The notes: generated by a model not told the origin, from the letters alone. DNA of 63,286 nucleotides, filler included, from Folioceros fuciformis (GCA_049999805.1; 13 parts of 13 records of this genome joined end to end with filler, not necessarily neighbours in it), one strand, 5' to 3'. Positions 11,460-24,306 are shown, counted from the whole stretch's first letter. Numbers and translations are program-made.

Positions 11460-14400
11460 CAAATCCACCAGGAACAGCTGATAAGATTTAGAAGTGGAAG
11501 AAAGGGAATAGAGTCGCATTTGCTATCTTACTGTCTGGACTTGATGAAGTCACAATAAATGAAGTGGACTTTCTTGAGACAGCTTTTGAAGTTTGGGATC
11601 AGCTCACAAAGACTTACCAAGTCAATAATATTAGTTTCTACTCAAAATGAATTCTATGGTTTGAGGATGAAAGAAAGGGACTCTGTTGGAGCACACGTCA
11701 CTCAGATGCGCACTCTACGGGCACAATTGGCCGCGCTAGGAAGCAAGATGTCTGATTCGGATGCCATTGCCCAACTATTGTCCAGCTTGCCTTCATCCTA
11801 CCAGAATTTTGTTTCTAGTTAGAATTCAGCTCTTCGTGACTCCTACAAAGCTATAGCTGCTGGCCAACCTTTCCCCTTGAACATCAATGAGGTTATTGGG
11901 GCACTCCTGCAAGAGGAGCAAAGCCAAAGCCGGAGCAAGTCAAGGACTCGTTTCAAAGGCGACAAGGTCCTATATGCTCAAGCCAAAGGACCTTGGAAGG
12001 GGAAAGATAATAAAGGAGGCAAGAAGCAATCCAGCGATTCCAACTCACCTCCATCCTCTTTGACTAAAAGGCAAGGCAACTGCAATTGGTGCCAGATCCT
12101 AGGGCACTGGGAACGTGATTGCCTCAAAAAGAAGGATGGTGAGCCTAAGCGTGAAGCCAAGCAGGAGGTTCATACCACTTCTAAAGAGAAGAAGTTTGCT
12201 GGTTCTCAACACAGCTCACAACAGAAGAGCGGCAAATCAACTACAGCCTTGACATTGTCCAAATGGAATTCCTCACAATGGTTTGTCAACTCAGGAGCCA
12301 CGATGCACATCGGCAACAAACATGGTCTCTTCTTGACCTTTCACAAGCAGACATCACCACAGTCGGTATTTGTAGGCGACTCACGAGGTGTTCAAGTTAA
12401 GGGATCCGGTTCTGTGGACATACATCTTCTTGATGGGTCTTCCTTGTTGCTGGAGGATGTGCTATTGGTTCCAAACATTAGTAAAAACCTTCTGTCCATT
12501 AGGGCCATAGCTCGTAGTCACAAGTATGGGTTTAGGTTTGAGGACAAAACCTACTATGTCTATCATCTCACAGATCCAAAGAGTCATGTTGCTAGAGCAG
12601 TTCTAGTAGATGATCTCTACCAACTTATTACATTACATGAGTCAAAGGCTAGAGCTTTTCTTACTGCTTTTCATGCTCAAGCTAATCTGTGGCATGCTAG
12701 GTTGGGCCACGTTAATCGTTCTAAACTAGATTTGATGGTTAACTCTTCTTGCTATCGTGAGTAATTACCTCCTTGTTTCAAGCATCTTGTAGCCTACAGC
12801 TCTTGCATCTTGTCCAATAAAAAAGAACTGCCCTTTAAGAACAAACTAGCAACTCGAGCAAAGCATGTTTTAGAGCCTATACATTCTGACATTGCCGACA
12901 AGTTGCCTGTGAAGTCGCTTAGAGGAGCAGAGTACTACCTTACCTTAACTGACGATTACTCTCGATACACATGGACCTTTCCTCTCAAGTTGAAGAGCGA
13001 TGTGTTTAAGACTATCTCCACATGGATATAATAGGTACAACGACAGGCTGGTCAGCTGGTGAAGTGTTTTCGTACTAATAGCAGAGGAGAGTTTACTGGC
13101 AGATAGTTTTGATGATCTTTTTGCTACACATGGCATAATTAGACAACTCTCAGTCCCCTACACGCAGCAACAGAATGGAGTTGCAGAGCATAAAAATCAG
13201 ACCTTAATGAGCATGGTGAGGAGCATGCTGTCATGGTCTGCTTTTCCCAAGTCACTATGGACAGAAGCAATTGTGTGTGCCACTTACATCTTAAATAGGG
13301 TGGTCACTTCATCTCTTATAAGTAGGACTCCCTATGAGGCATTTTGGGGTAGAAAGCCAAGTCTTCTCTACTTGAAAATCTTTGGTTCCCCTACCTTTGC
13401 CCTTGTCCCTGAACATGAAAGGAAGAAGTTAGATGATAGGTCTAAGCCCCTCCTTTTTGTAGGTTATTATGAAGAGTCAAAGGCTTACAAACTTCTCGAC
13501 CCTATGACATCTAGGATTACCTTGTCCAAAAGTGCTACCTTCACTGAACTCACCTCTCGTCATTCAGATTCCTCTATAGAGCGGCTCTATCCTGTAGATC
13601 CTTCCATTGTTAGTGATGATGTGTTTTTTGGTCTAGACTTAGAGCCTACACAAGTGTTTTATCACTTCCCTGAATCTGACGGTGAGGAACAGCCTCATGT
13701 TGCTGCAACAGCAGAGCTAGATTCTGTTTAGGATGAGGATAATGCAGTAGTTCAAAACGATGCAGCCAATCCAGATTTTGCAGCAGTCCCAAACTTTTTG
13801 AATCTGGATGAAGGGGATGATCAGTTTGTTTAATCAATTGACTCACATGTTTCAGACAAACTTGCTGTGGATGGTGCTGCTTCAGTCGTAGGTGATGATC
13901 CTGTTGTGGATCATAATGATTTTGAGGAGCCTCCTCCACCTCGGTACCCTATGAGAGAATGTAGAGCACGAGAAGATTGGGCAGAGACACCTTATCAGTC
14001 CATTGATTTTAGGAGATAGTCCGCTCATGTTATAGATATGCGTGTACCTAAGGTGAGGCCTAACCCACAGAGTTATGAAGAGGCCCTTAATGGTCCTGAC
14101 AGCAAGCATTGGCGTGTCTTCATTGATGACGAATTCAATTCCCTAATGAAGAACAACACTTTGGAGTTAGCTGACTTACCACCTAGTCGCAAGCCTATCT
14201 CGGGTAAATGGGTTCAAAACCAAATTGAATGCTGATGGCACCATCTCAAGGTATAAGTCCAGGCTGGTTGCGAGGGGGTTTAGCCAGATCCCTGGTATTG
14301 ACTATGGAGATACTTTCTCGCCAGTTATGAAGTCTCCTTCAGTAAGGATCTTGTTAGCTATGGTAGCTAAGTTTGATCTAGAGTTACATCAGATGGATGT

Positions 14401-14721
14401 GCACACTGCGTTTCTTCATGGCGAGCTTGAGGAAGAGCTTTACATGTACTAGCTAGAGGGGTTCATTAGTAAGCAATGGCCTCATAAAGTGTGCAAACTT
14501 CTAAAAACATTGTATGGACTTAAACAATCACCTCAAGCTTGGAATAAACGCATTATGAAGTTTCTGCGCAAGTCTATCTTTGTTCAATCCTTGGCTAACT
14601 CTAATGTCTTTTATCTTGTTGAAGCTGGACTATTCGTGGTGCTTGCTCTCTATGTTGATGATGCAATCCTCCTTAGTAATAACACCTTGCAACTCAACAA
14701 GACCAAGGATATGCTCAGGTT
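11460..14721 (+). mobile_element. Decayed Ty1/Copia gag-protease-integrase-RT
   Basis: Motifs: LLSSLPSSY; zinc knuckle CNWCQILGHWERDC; protease WFVNSGATMH; LWHARLGH; integrase [48 protein letters not shown]. Many stops and frameshifts. Confidence 0.95.
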
Positions 14722-17465
14722 TGTAGAGGAAAAATATTTTCGAGAACCCCTTTTTGTGTGACAGATTGTGTGGACTTTGATTTTTTTTTGTGACAATGTG
14801 AGGAAAACGGCCTAGGTTGAGAATAAGACCAGGGTATTTATACCCAAGGTCTCCTTGGACCATGAAGGTTTGGGGCAAACCGGTAGCCGGACCAGGTGTC
14901 CGGGGTGGCAGGGTAGTCCTTGGCCTTTGGTAGAGGAGGGGTCACTAGGGGGTCTATATATGCACCCCTCCCCCCCTCCCCCCTAAAAAAATTAGAAATA
15001 AGGAATGGTCCTCGGAGTAGGTAGTTTGTGGACTTCGGCTAGAAAACAGGGATGTCGTGACTGAGCAATGGTGGTGGAAGGTGAACCACCATCGCGGAAG
15101 GCCAACCGCCGGTAGTGCTACAGGCGGTAGCAGAACCTGGACCACCTGACCAGTATAAAACCCTAAGTAAGTCAGAGGGGTTAGATGCGATTACGAACAG
15201 GAGCGCAACTGGGAGGTCGGGGAGCGGAAGCGGGAGTAGAGCGGGGAGCGCATCCTCGGCAAGGAGCAAGTAGGCGAAGGTAGTGCGGCGGACAACCATA
15301 CCAGCGTGAGCAGACAGCGTGAGGAGAAGAGACAGGGCAAGATGAGGCGGGAGAAAATCGCGGTGCAGCTAGCGTCGGCAGAGGCGGTCAGGGAGGAAGA
15401 GCAAGCTCCTGTGTCAAGGGTGGAGGTGGCCTTCTGGCCGAATATGGAGCACTAGCGAGTCAGAGCCGGAGGGCTAGTGGAGGAGCTAGGCCTCGGGTTT
15501 ATGGCCCAGCGTTGGAACCACACAGCTCCTAGTCTAGTGCAGGAGTGCACCCAGCGACTGAGGAGCCCAGTCAGGGAGGAAGGATTCTGAGGCAGTCCGC
15601 AGGACTGGAACTTAGACCTGGTGCAGAGGGTGTATGGGCGCAGCTAGGAGGAGGAGGGCAGACTCGTTCTCGAGTCTTTGAAGAAGTGCAGTACTGCAGC
15701 AGCGGCGGCGGCATTGTTCAAGGCCGGAGTCGAAAGGTTAGCCAACTGGTGGTTGGTGAGGGATATGGCGACTGCCCAGCTGATGGGGCTGGCGAGGTGG
15801 CTCCTATGCTTCCTACAGATTCAGAAGCAAGACTACCTCTCCGACCAGATGCTCCTGTTTGTGCACGAGGTAGTTAAGGGCAGTTGGGTAGATTGGGGCA
15901 GGATCCTGTATGACAAGATGAGTGAAGAGAGGTTGAACCTGACCTCAGCCTCTCCCCGACCGTTGATGAGTTCCCCGTTTTTAGTTCACATATATTGCCA
16001 TGCTAACCTTCTACCTAAGGTGGAAGTGATTGCCTCCCTGCATATGTGGAAGCCACTCAGGGAGGTGAAGTGGAAGCCAGTGGAGCAGAAAGAAGTCGAC
16101 TCCAGCAGCTGGGAGTCGGGCAGCACAGAGCTCGGAGGAGGAAACCTTGACCAGCAAGAAGAGGAAGGTGGGGACAGGTCGGAGGACTCTTGCCAAGAGG
16201 AGGAAGGTTGGTGGGCCAGTCACCAAGAAAGTGGGTGAATCAGCACAGCGAGAGGTTGTCCAAGAGCGGGCTGAGAGGGAGCTAGAGGCACCTCAGGAGA
16301 GGGTGCCAAAAGTAGAAACGGCCCCAACTGAGGTGGTGGCCGAATTAGGGCACGTTTTGGAAAAGGAACCCTTCCCGGGATGAGAAGAGATTTTTAGAAG
16401 GGTTCCTCTGGTGACCAAGCTGCAGACGGAGGATCTAGATAGAGTTCGGGCGCTGCTGGGGAGACAGATTCTAGATAAGAGAATGGCTCTTGGGGGTGAG
16501 TCGCAATAGGTGGACCTGTCAGGCTTGACCGCGACGATGGTTGAGGCCTAGGCAGATATGTTGGACTAGGCTGCCAGGGCACTGACCTGGTTGAGCATGT
16601 AGGGGAAGAAGGAAGCTAAGGCCCAGGAGAAGTTGGCTGAGGCTGAAGCGAGTCGGCAGCACCTGGAAGAAATTTGACAGCCCTTGAGCGCCGCCAAGGA
16701 ACAAGCAAAGGAGGAAGCCCACCAAGCGAGGGAAGAAGTGCAGATGCTGAAGGAGCAGCAGGAGTTGCTCCTAGCTCAGTGAGAGAGGCCCATAGGACTA
16801 ATTAAGAGATGCAACAGGAATTATTAAGGGCCTAGGAACAGGAAGCGGCTGTAGTGGAGCAATTGCAGAAGTTGGCGGATAGGTACAAGCGGGAGGAGGA
16901 AGAAGCCCAGAGCAAAGTGAAGGGGAAGGGCAGAGCCAGGCGAGGTAGTCAAGCTGCAATGGAGGTAGCTGAAGCAGCTACCAGTCGGGGAGAGGCAACG
17001 CCGGTAGGGGAGAGCCCGACCTCGGTAGTGGAAGAGGCGACCGTCAAGGAACCTACAACCCGCAAGTCTGGAAGAGAAACTCGCACCAAGAGGACAGAGC
17101 AAGGAGGAGCAGCAGCTAGGGGAATGGAAGATCCTCCAGTTCCACTGCAGAGTAGAGGGCATACAATCCAAAGTAGCCCACGGGAGGAGGGGGTAAGCAC
17201 TTCCTTTGCAACAGAGGGTCAGGTTGTGTTGCACTATGAGGAGGAGGACACTTATGTGCCTGGCCTCTACGTGGATGGAGCCCGTGTGGTGAAGTTAATT
17301 GTATATGTGCGTGTGGGCTTAGGAGGGACAAGGGGCTATGGCCTGCAGCTAAGGACCCGCAGGGGGTCCTTCTACTACTGTTGCCGAGTGTGGGGGCTGC
17401 CTCCCTGTAAAGTAATGTAGAGCTCGCGATGCACACACAAAGCATAGTTTTTATTAAGCAAGTAA
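14722..17465 (+). mobile_element. Family 2 element inserted in the Copia RT, carrying a decayed accessory ORF (15342-16238) followed by a coiled-coil-like region
   Basis: The RT frame breaks at TGTAGAGG (14722). A frame with internal stops runs 15342-16238, followed by E/K/R/Q-rich frames. 17121-17400 matches 49965-50251 on the reverse strand. Confidence 0.7.
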
Positions 17466-17612
17466 NNNNNNNNNNNNNNNNNNNNNNNNNNNNNNNNNNN
17501 NNNNNNNNNTTAATTAATTAANNNNNNNNNNNNNNNNNNNNNNNNNNNNNNNNNNNNNNNNNNNNCCCCCAGCCCTGCCTACCAGATCATCTGAGCCTGT
17601 AGTCCAAGTTGT

Positions 17613-19944
17613 ATGGTCGAAATGGGATCGGAAGCTTGTCCACCGACGAGGAGAGTGGACCGGAGATGGCTTTCGATGCTGGAGATGGCGTTCCTGCTGG
17701 CACTTCTAGGCTGCGGCCGCTTCACCCCTGCTGTGGCACACGACGGGTACGTCTACAGTCCCTTCATGCCAAGCTGGACCGAACACACCGAGAAAATGGA
17801 CATCAAGGACGACGACCCCATCCCCGACTCGACGCAGCAAGAGGCTGTTGCAAGCTTGGAGAAGGCCCAGCAGTTTCTGCAGCGGGCCGGTGCTGTCCGG
17901 GTCACGGTCGGAAGCTGCAAATCCCAAATCAACGGGGCTGTCGGGTCCCTCACGTGGGTGGAGACGTACCTGCTGGAGAATGACCTCAAGAACGCCTTGG
18001 GGCAGCTTGATGGAGCCAAGAAGATCCTGGCAGACTGCAACTCCGCTCTTGGTCTCAGCACTGTAAGGCAGCCTGCATAGGTTTTGTGTGGCATGCATGC
18101 ATGGCGGGGGACTTGAGAGCAAGCATCCTGCCGCAGGCAACATTATCATCCCTTCAGCCCATTCCTTCCACACGAATACTACAGATGCACCAGTCTTTCA
18201 AGAATCAGAAAGAGCTGCTTGCTGCAGGAGAGGCAAATGTGGGGACAGGGCAACAAGCCAGCAGAATCACCAAGCACAAAGCATGCGCAGAAATAGTTGT
18301 CTTTGAAATCCAGATTGATGACTTGTGGTTTTTGCGTGCACCGGAGCTCTAGGTCAAATTAGGAAAGGCACAGCTGTTCCTGACCAAGAAAGCCATGGGC
18401 CACATCGAAGATGCAGTGGCAACCCTGAGCCCCCTGCTTGAAGGCAATCCCAACACCGGCAACAGTGGCGCAGGCCGCGGAGGAGGCAGTTCTCCAGACA
18501 AGCGTAAGATTCAATTCAGCAGCAGAAATGCTGCAACAAGAGCAGAATACAGCACAGGCCACAGGCCAGCATCAAGCACGACATCCATCCATGCCATGAC
18601 GCAATGCCCCTCCCTGCATGCAAGAGTGCACCCCATGAAGCTAGCAAAGCAGTCATGACACGTGCACGGACCTGACCTCCTCCTGCCCCTGCTGCCTGCT
18701 GTCCCGATCCCAGCTGTGGAAACCTGGGGAGACAACGGGGACAGCAACAGCAACATCTGCTCGGCCGACGGCACCAAATGCCAATTCTCCAGTTGCGGGG
18801 CCGGGAAGGCTCTCGGGACCTGCTCCTTCGGCTTCGCAGCGGGCGTGTCAGGGGGAGCTGGCGGGCAGAGCTACGTGGTCACCAGTCCCAGCGACGACCC
18901 AAAGAACCCGGCTCCCGGCACCCTGCGCTACGGTGTGAACCAGGGCGGGCACAGCAACGGGGGCGTGTGGATCACCTTCTCCAGGGACATGGTGATCGTG
19001 CTGCAGGACATGCTGTGGCTCCGCAGCGCCACCACCATCGACGGGCGCGGCCACAACATCACCATCACCGGCCGCAATATAGTGCTGGGCGGCGTCTCCA
19101 ACGTCATTCTGCACAACCTGCAGGTGAACTCGGTGGGCGAGAGCGACACCGTGCACATCTTCTCGGGCTCCTCCAGAATCTGGGTAGACCACATCACCTC
19201 CTTCGATGCCAAGCTCGGGCTCGTCACCGTCTTACAAGGCTCCACCGACGTCACCATCTCCAACTGCTGGCTCTCCAATCCCAATTTCAACATGCTGTTG
19301 GGGGCATCTGACGCCGACACCGAGGACCAGAACTTGCGCGTTACCGTCTTCCGAAACTGGTTCAAGGACTCCATGCAACGCATGCCCCACTGCAGGTACA
19401 TCTTCCTCCCTTCTTCCCTTCGTCCATCAACTCAACCAACCCATGTAATCAGAGCAGCGCAATTCCACCCAACATCCCTGCAGCAATGTTCTCCCTTGCA
19501 TCCAGTCGCTCCCCTCCAATGCATTGGATTACCCAAAGGCAGCCTAAACAAAAAGTTCTCCTCTCCAGGTGGGGATACTGCCATGTTGTCAACAATCTCT
19601 ACACCAACTGGGGATACTATGCCTTAGGAGCTCGAGTGCACGCCAAAATATTGTCAGAAAGTAATGTGTTCATTGCAGCTCGGCGAGCAGAAGTGACGCC
19701 ATGGTTTGCTGGTGACTCCACTCTGGACGAGACCGCCACAATCCAATCAGTCCGGGACCTGTTCCTCAATGGCACCACGTTCCACCAATTCCTCACTTTT
19801 GGCACGGCTGCCCAACCATCCTACGTAATCACTTCACACTATCCACCCATCAATCCTCCTAGTACACTCACACCTCTGGTACAACGTTGTGCGGGAGCTT
19901 TGTTTGGGCCCAAGCTCCAGCAATGTTTGTCTATATCAATCTAG
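17613..19944 (+). CDS. Secreted PMEI-like domain plus pectate lyase (PL1) fusion protein, 552 aa; join(17613..18062,18353..18503,18714..19395,19569..19944)
   Basis: Three GT-AG introns have consistent phases (0, 1, 2) and the CDS totals 1659 nt. There is a hydrophobic signal segment. PL1 motifs: GTLRYG, TIDGRG, WVDH, QRMPHCRWGYCHVVNN. The N-terminal helical domain has a C..C pair spaced as in PMEI; that assignment is less certain than PL1. Confidence 0.88.
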
Positions 19945-20477
19945 CAACTTGAATGCAAAATGTGAAGATATATTAAAAAGTATTAAAAACATAAAGTAAG
20001 TAATTCGTTGCATGGCAAGAAATAATCAATTTGAGACTTTATGTTTCTTTTTCCAAACTAAAAATCTTCAAGTTCCCTATCTTATCTTATGCACCGTTTC
20101 AATGCTTTTTAACATCCTATTGAGATTATATGTTTATGTTTTTAATAAAGTTATATTTTATAATTAGATCGAGTTGTTTGAGAGTGATAACTAGAAAAGT
20201 GTTAATCCTAGTTCATTTTGTACACTCCTGCTTTGCTCGCATGAAAGCTCTTTTGGTTCCTACAAAGGCAAATGTTGCTTTATAGCGTGAAGCTTCAAAT
20301 CCACACGGTTTGTCTTTGTTTCAATGAAGTAAAATATAATAAACACTTTATTATGAAAGAAATGGGATGAACCCATCTACCTCAAGATAGAGGAAAAACC
20401 TCTAAGAAGATGTCTAAATCAATGACCATCCTTGTTGCTTATTATGTAATCACTTCTTGTATCAAGGATATCAATAA

Positions 20478-20508
20478 TAGGGTTTAGGGTTTAGGGTTTA
20501 GGGTTTAG
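20478..20508 (+). repeat. Interstitial plant-type telomeric repeat (TTTAGGG), about 4 copies
   Basis: TAGGGTTTAGGGTTTAGGGTTTAGGGTTTAG read directly. Confidence 0.85.
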
Positions 20509-20699
20509 ACATCTCCAGAATCTCCAAAATAGGAGAGAACCCACCTACCACAACTACTCGAAGATGTTCAGTATGTTGCATTAAATATTGCCCTATGCAC
20601 TATATTGACCAATGCCCGCTAGATAGCGATGGAGACACTTTTGCCTGTAAAAAGCTACGATGCTTGAAAGAGGGAAGACATGTTTTAAAGCGAATCAAA

Positions 20700-20940
20700 A
20701 GATGTGTTTCCAAACAAACAAAATAATTGTAGAAGACCTGTTTTTGAACGAACAAAATAATTGTTGAAGACACGTCTTTAAATGAACAAAATAATTGTTG
20801 AAGCCATGTCTTCAAATAAACAAAATAATTGTTGAAGACATGTCTTCAAATGAACAAAATAATTGTTGAAGATTGTTTTCGAATGAACAAAGTAATTATT
20901 GAGGATGTGTTTTCGAATGAATAGAATAATTGTTGAAGCA
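20700..20940 (+). repeat. 34-bp minisatellite, about 7 copies, with a palindromic core
   Basis: AATGAACAAAATAATTGTTGAAGACATGTCTTCA-like units start at 20781, 20815, 20849 and onward. Confidence 0.9.
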
Positions 20941-21659
20941 ACTAAATATACAACAAGTGGCTTTTTGTATGCAACGATGCATATTGTTGACCCTTACAAG
21001 GGTGCTTGATAGGAGACAAAGGCCTAGCATAAAGTGCCCATATCACCCTCCTGACCAGGTCCGTATAGTAGTTACTCACGATTAGAGATATAACCTTATT
21101 TTATAATAAGGTATTTTATAATAAGGTTATACCCCTGTAACAAAATAATAAAATAAAATGTAAAAGATAATAAAGTTAAAGTCGACCCTCTCTAAATGTG
21201 ACCTCCATAAATATTATACCTCTACAAATGTTAAAAGAAAGGTTAAATATTATTTTTCAATAAATATCATATGTTACCTATTTTCCTAATTACTGCAATC
21301 TAACTCTATAAACGGTATTTGCATCAAAAATATTGTAATAAAATATCAGAAGATCATATTGAATTATTTATGAGGTTAATTTGAACTTATTTGAAGTAAA
21401 ACTTATTTTTAATTATATATTTAAAATATATAAATAGATTATGGTACATTTGTATACTTAAATATTTTATTCTCTAAATAAGCCTAAATTTTCTAAGTGT
21501 TACACCTTGGTAAATGTTACCCAATTGTCATAGTAGTAACCAACCCGAACCCTTTGCTGGCACAGACACATGGGCCGAAAGCCATGGCCGTAAATAGGGG
21601 GCCAGCTATGGCGCCTAGCAAGGACCGACTAGGGCACCCCCTCTTTATTTCGCATCCGA

Positions 21660-22500
21660 GTTGACACAAGGAAGATCAAAGGCATCTCTGACGGGCCGCT
21701 GCCACGGGTGCTCACTCAGTTAAGGGGTTTCCTTAGTATGGCTGGATTTTACAAAAGATTCATGAAAGACTTCAGTAAAAACACTCTTCCTATGACCGAT
21801 GCCCTCTGTCAGTCTGCAAGCAAGGAATTGCGATTGGGTCAAGATGTAGAACNNNNNNNNNNNNNNNNNNNNNNNNNNNNNNNNNNNNNNNNNNNNNNNN
21901 NNNNNNNNNNNNNNNNNNNNNNNNNNNNNNNNNNNNNNNNNNNNNNNNNNNNTGCACACCAACACGAGTGATTACGCCATTGCTGCTATACTCTCCCAGG
22001 ACGGCCAGGTGATTGCCTACGAGTTGAAGAAGCTACAGGGGCCGCAAGTGAACTATGCGGTGCATGACAAGGAGATGTTTACGATAGTCCATGCTTTGAA
22101 AATCTGGAGACACTATTTATTAGGCCAGCAATTCACCTGCCACACCGACCATCACTCACAGCAACATTTCTGCAGCTAACCAAACTTGAATGCACGCCAA
22201 AGACACTGGGCAAAGTACCTGGAGGACTTCAACTTTGACATTTGCTATGTCACAAGTCCTTCAAATGTGGTTGCAAACGCACTTAGCCACATGGCCTGCT
22301 CCCTCATGACCACACAACTGGACACCATCCGTCGGGTGCGTGAGGCTCTCCCACATGACAGCACCTTGTGGCAGATATATCAGCAGTTACTCACGGATGC
22401 ACATAATGGATAGCCCACATAGTTTATGCAGAAGTATACCATAAAGCATGCTTGCTTGTATCAGAAGGGTCGCTTGGTGATTCCCACACATCTCATAGAG
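21660..22500 (+). mobile_element. Decayed Ty3/Gypsy RT thumb and RNase H
   Basis: Motifs: LRGFLSMAGFYKRFMKDFS; SDYAIAAILSQ; NYAVHDKEM..IVHALKIWRHYLLG; TDH; LNARQRHW. Confidence 0.9.
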
Positions 22501-23293
22501 CTAATGGGCCACGTAATAAACCCTAAACCCTAATAACCCTAACGTCGTTCTATCACAGGGCACGTATATGTTTTTTTCTCAATCATATTCAGATAGATAA
22601 TTAGGTCCAAAATAGTCTAGCTTAGTTTAGTTTCGAACCATATTAGTTACAAGGTGTTTCTTGGCACGCGACCGGGCACCCTATATGTAGGCAGGATCAT
22701 AGCAATGAAGTTAGCCCATTTTGAGGCTCACTTGCATCTAAGGTTACCTATTCTGATCGAGGATCGCAACACCAATGCTCTACTCCTAATAGGTAACATT
22801 TAGGGAGGGCCAACTATATAACATCATATCTTCTCTATTATAAATGACCTACTATTCTAGAAGCTAATAGTTAAGGAACTTTGAGTGCTTATGCTATCAC
22901 CGAGAGGACTTGCTTGGTGGAGATAGGACCCCGCTGTCTTTCTTTGTGATTGTACTTGTACATGTGTTTGGGACTAGCCAAGAAATAGGCGTCCCTGCCC
23001 AACAACTAGGGTTGTTGGGCCGTTAGAAGTTTGTTAGAATTAGTTATTCCTAAGTAAAATGCTTAATGTTTGTTTAGGGGTAGTTTCTCTAGGGTTAATT
23101 ACTTATTTGATTTAAAGGCTACACGAAGTCACCTTAGTCTAAACTTGTCTTCAACCTAGTTGTCTGTCCCGTTTAGGAGAGTCTCGTTAGACACCTTTTG
23201 GGTCGGTTCCTGCTGCCCCGTCCGGCTATGGCTGGAGGCGGCTTCGTTCCCGTTAGCTACACACGCAGATTGGCCATGGCGGTGCGTGTGTCA

Positions 23294-24060
23294 TGCTCCC
23301 CCACTTAAGCTGGCCAGGTCCTCCTGGCCGATCTATCTCTGAGCTTGGGAAGCTTGCATCTGAGCCCGCAAGTGAGGGAAGTGATGGCAAAAGGCTGCGG
23401 GTTCCCAGGTTGCAGCACTGTCGGGTTCACATGTCCATGCCACGAGGAAGTTTGTTACACAACGAGAACGGAGCTGGCGATCGCGGCGCTAGAGGATACG
23501 ATGGGGCTAGTGAGGGCCAAAACTTGGCGGCTGGGCCAGGGTTTCCGAACCAGAGCAGTTTGGAACGGCGGGAGTTGCCAGGGGGGGGCACCTGAGCGAA
23601 GGAGCTTCCTGGGGCTGGCCTGGGCGGGGAAGAAGGGTGTGATGCTGGTTGCTGGTCGGCAGAGGGATCTGGTGGATGTGCAGGTAGGGTTGTGGTGGCA
23701 GGTGGTGGGCAGGAGATCACCGGTTTGAGCATGGAGACGTGAAACGCCTGCAGAGACGCCAATCAACGGGAAGGTCAAGCTGGTATGCGATTGGGTTGAT
23801 CTGCCTGGACACTGTGAAGGGTCCGGCGTACCAGTAGGATAGCTTATCCCGTGACTGGATCAGAGCTGGGTAGTGGTGAGGCTTCACACGAAGCCACACT
23901 TGTTGGCCGACGCTGTAGCAGACTGCCTGGCGATGCTTGTTAGCTATTTTACAGGATCTGTCCCGGGCAGCGAGGAGTTTCTCCTTCGCCAACTTGACCT
24001 CATGCCAGATATCTGATGAAGGAGGTTTAGGGTTAAACAACAAGCCGAAACGTAGTTAGA
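23294..24060 (-). mobile_element. Chromovirus Gypsy 3' end: integrase C-terminus, chromodomain and PPT. The 3' LTR starts at 23293 and runs toward lower coordinates.
   Basis: YAGPFTV...AYQLDLP...FHVSMLKP. A chromodomain reads PHRIL*RRDRQLRSRCVTNFLVAW..EPDSAATWEP...HHFPHL at ~23370-23510. The PPT AAGTGGGGGAGCA is followed by TG. Confidence 0.88.
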
Positions 24061-24306
24061 NNNNNNNNNNNNNNNNNNNNNNNNNNNNNNNNNNNNNNNN
24101 NNNNTTAATTAATTAANNNNNNNNNNNNNNNNNNNNNNNNNNNNNNNNNNNNNNNNNNNNGTATATGAAATTATATAAGATTAAAAAGAATTATATTATA
24201 CATATACATATACGTAAATTTTAACAAGAGAGATTAAAACTATATGATTTGCTATGAGATTAAAACTATGTGAATAAAACTATGCAAATACTATATATTT
24301 CTGTTA

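Noticed and set aside
20700-20940. CRISPR-like palindromic repeats
   Set aside because: Units are contiguous with no unique spacers, there are no cas genes, and the context is eukaryotic.
21065-21540. AT-rich island as a MITE
   Set aside because: Only a 6-bp terminal inverted match (GTTACT/AGTAAC) and no clear TSD.
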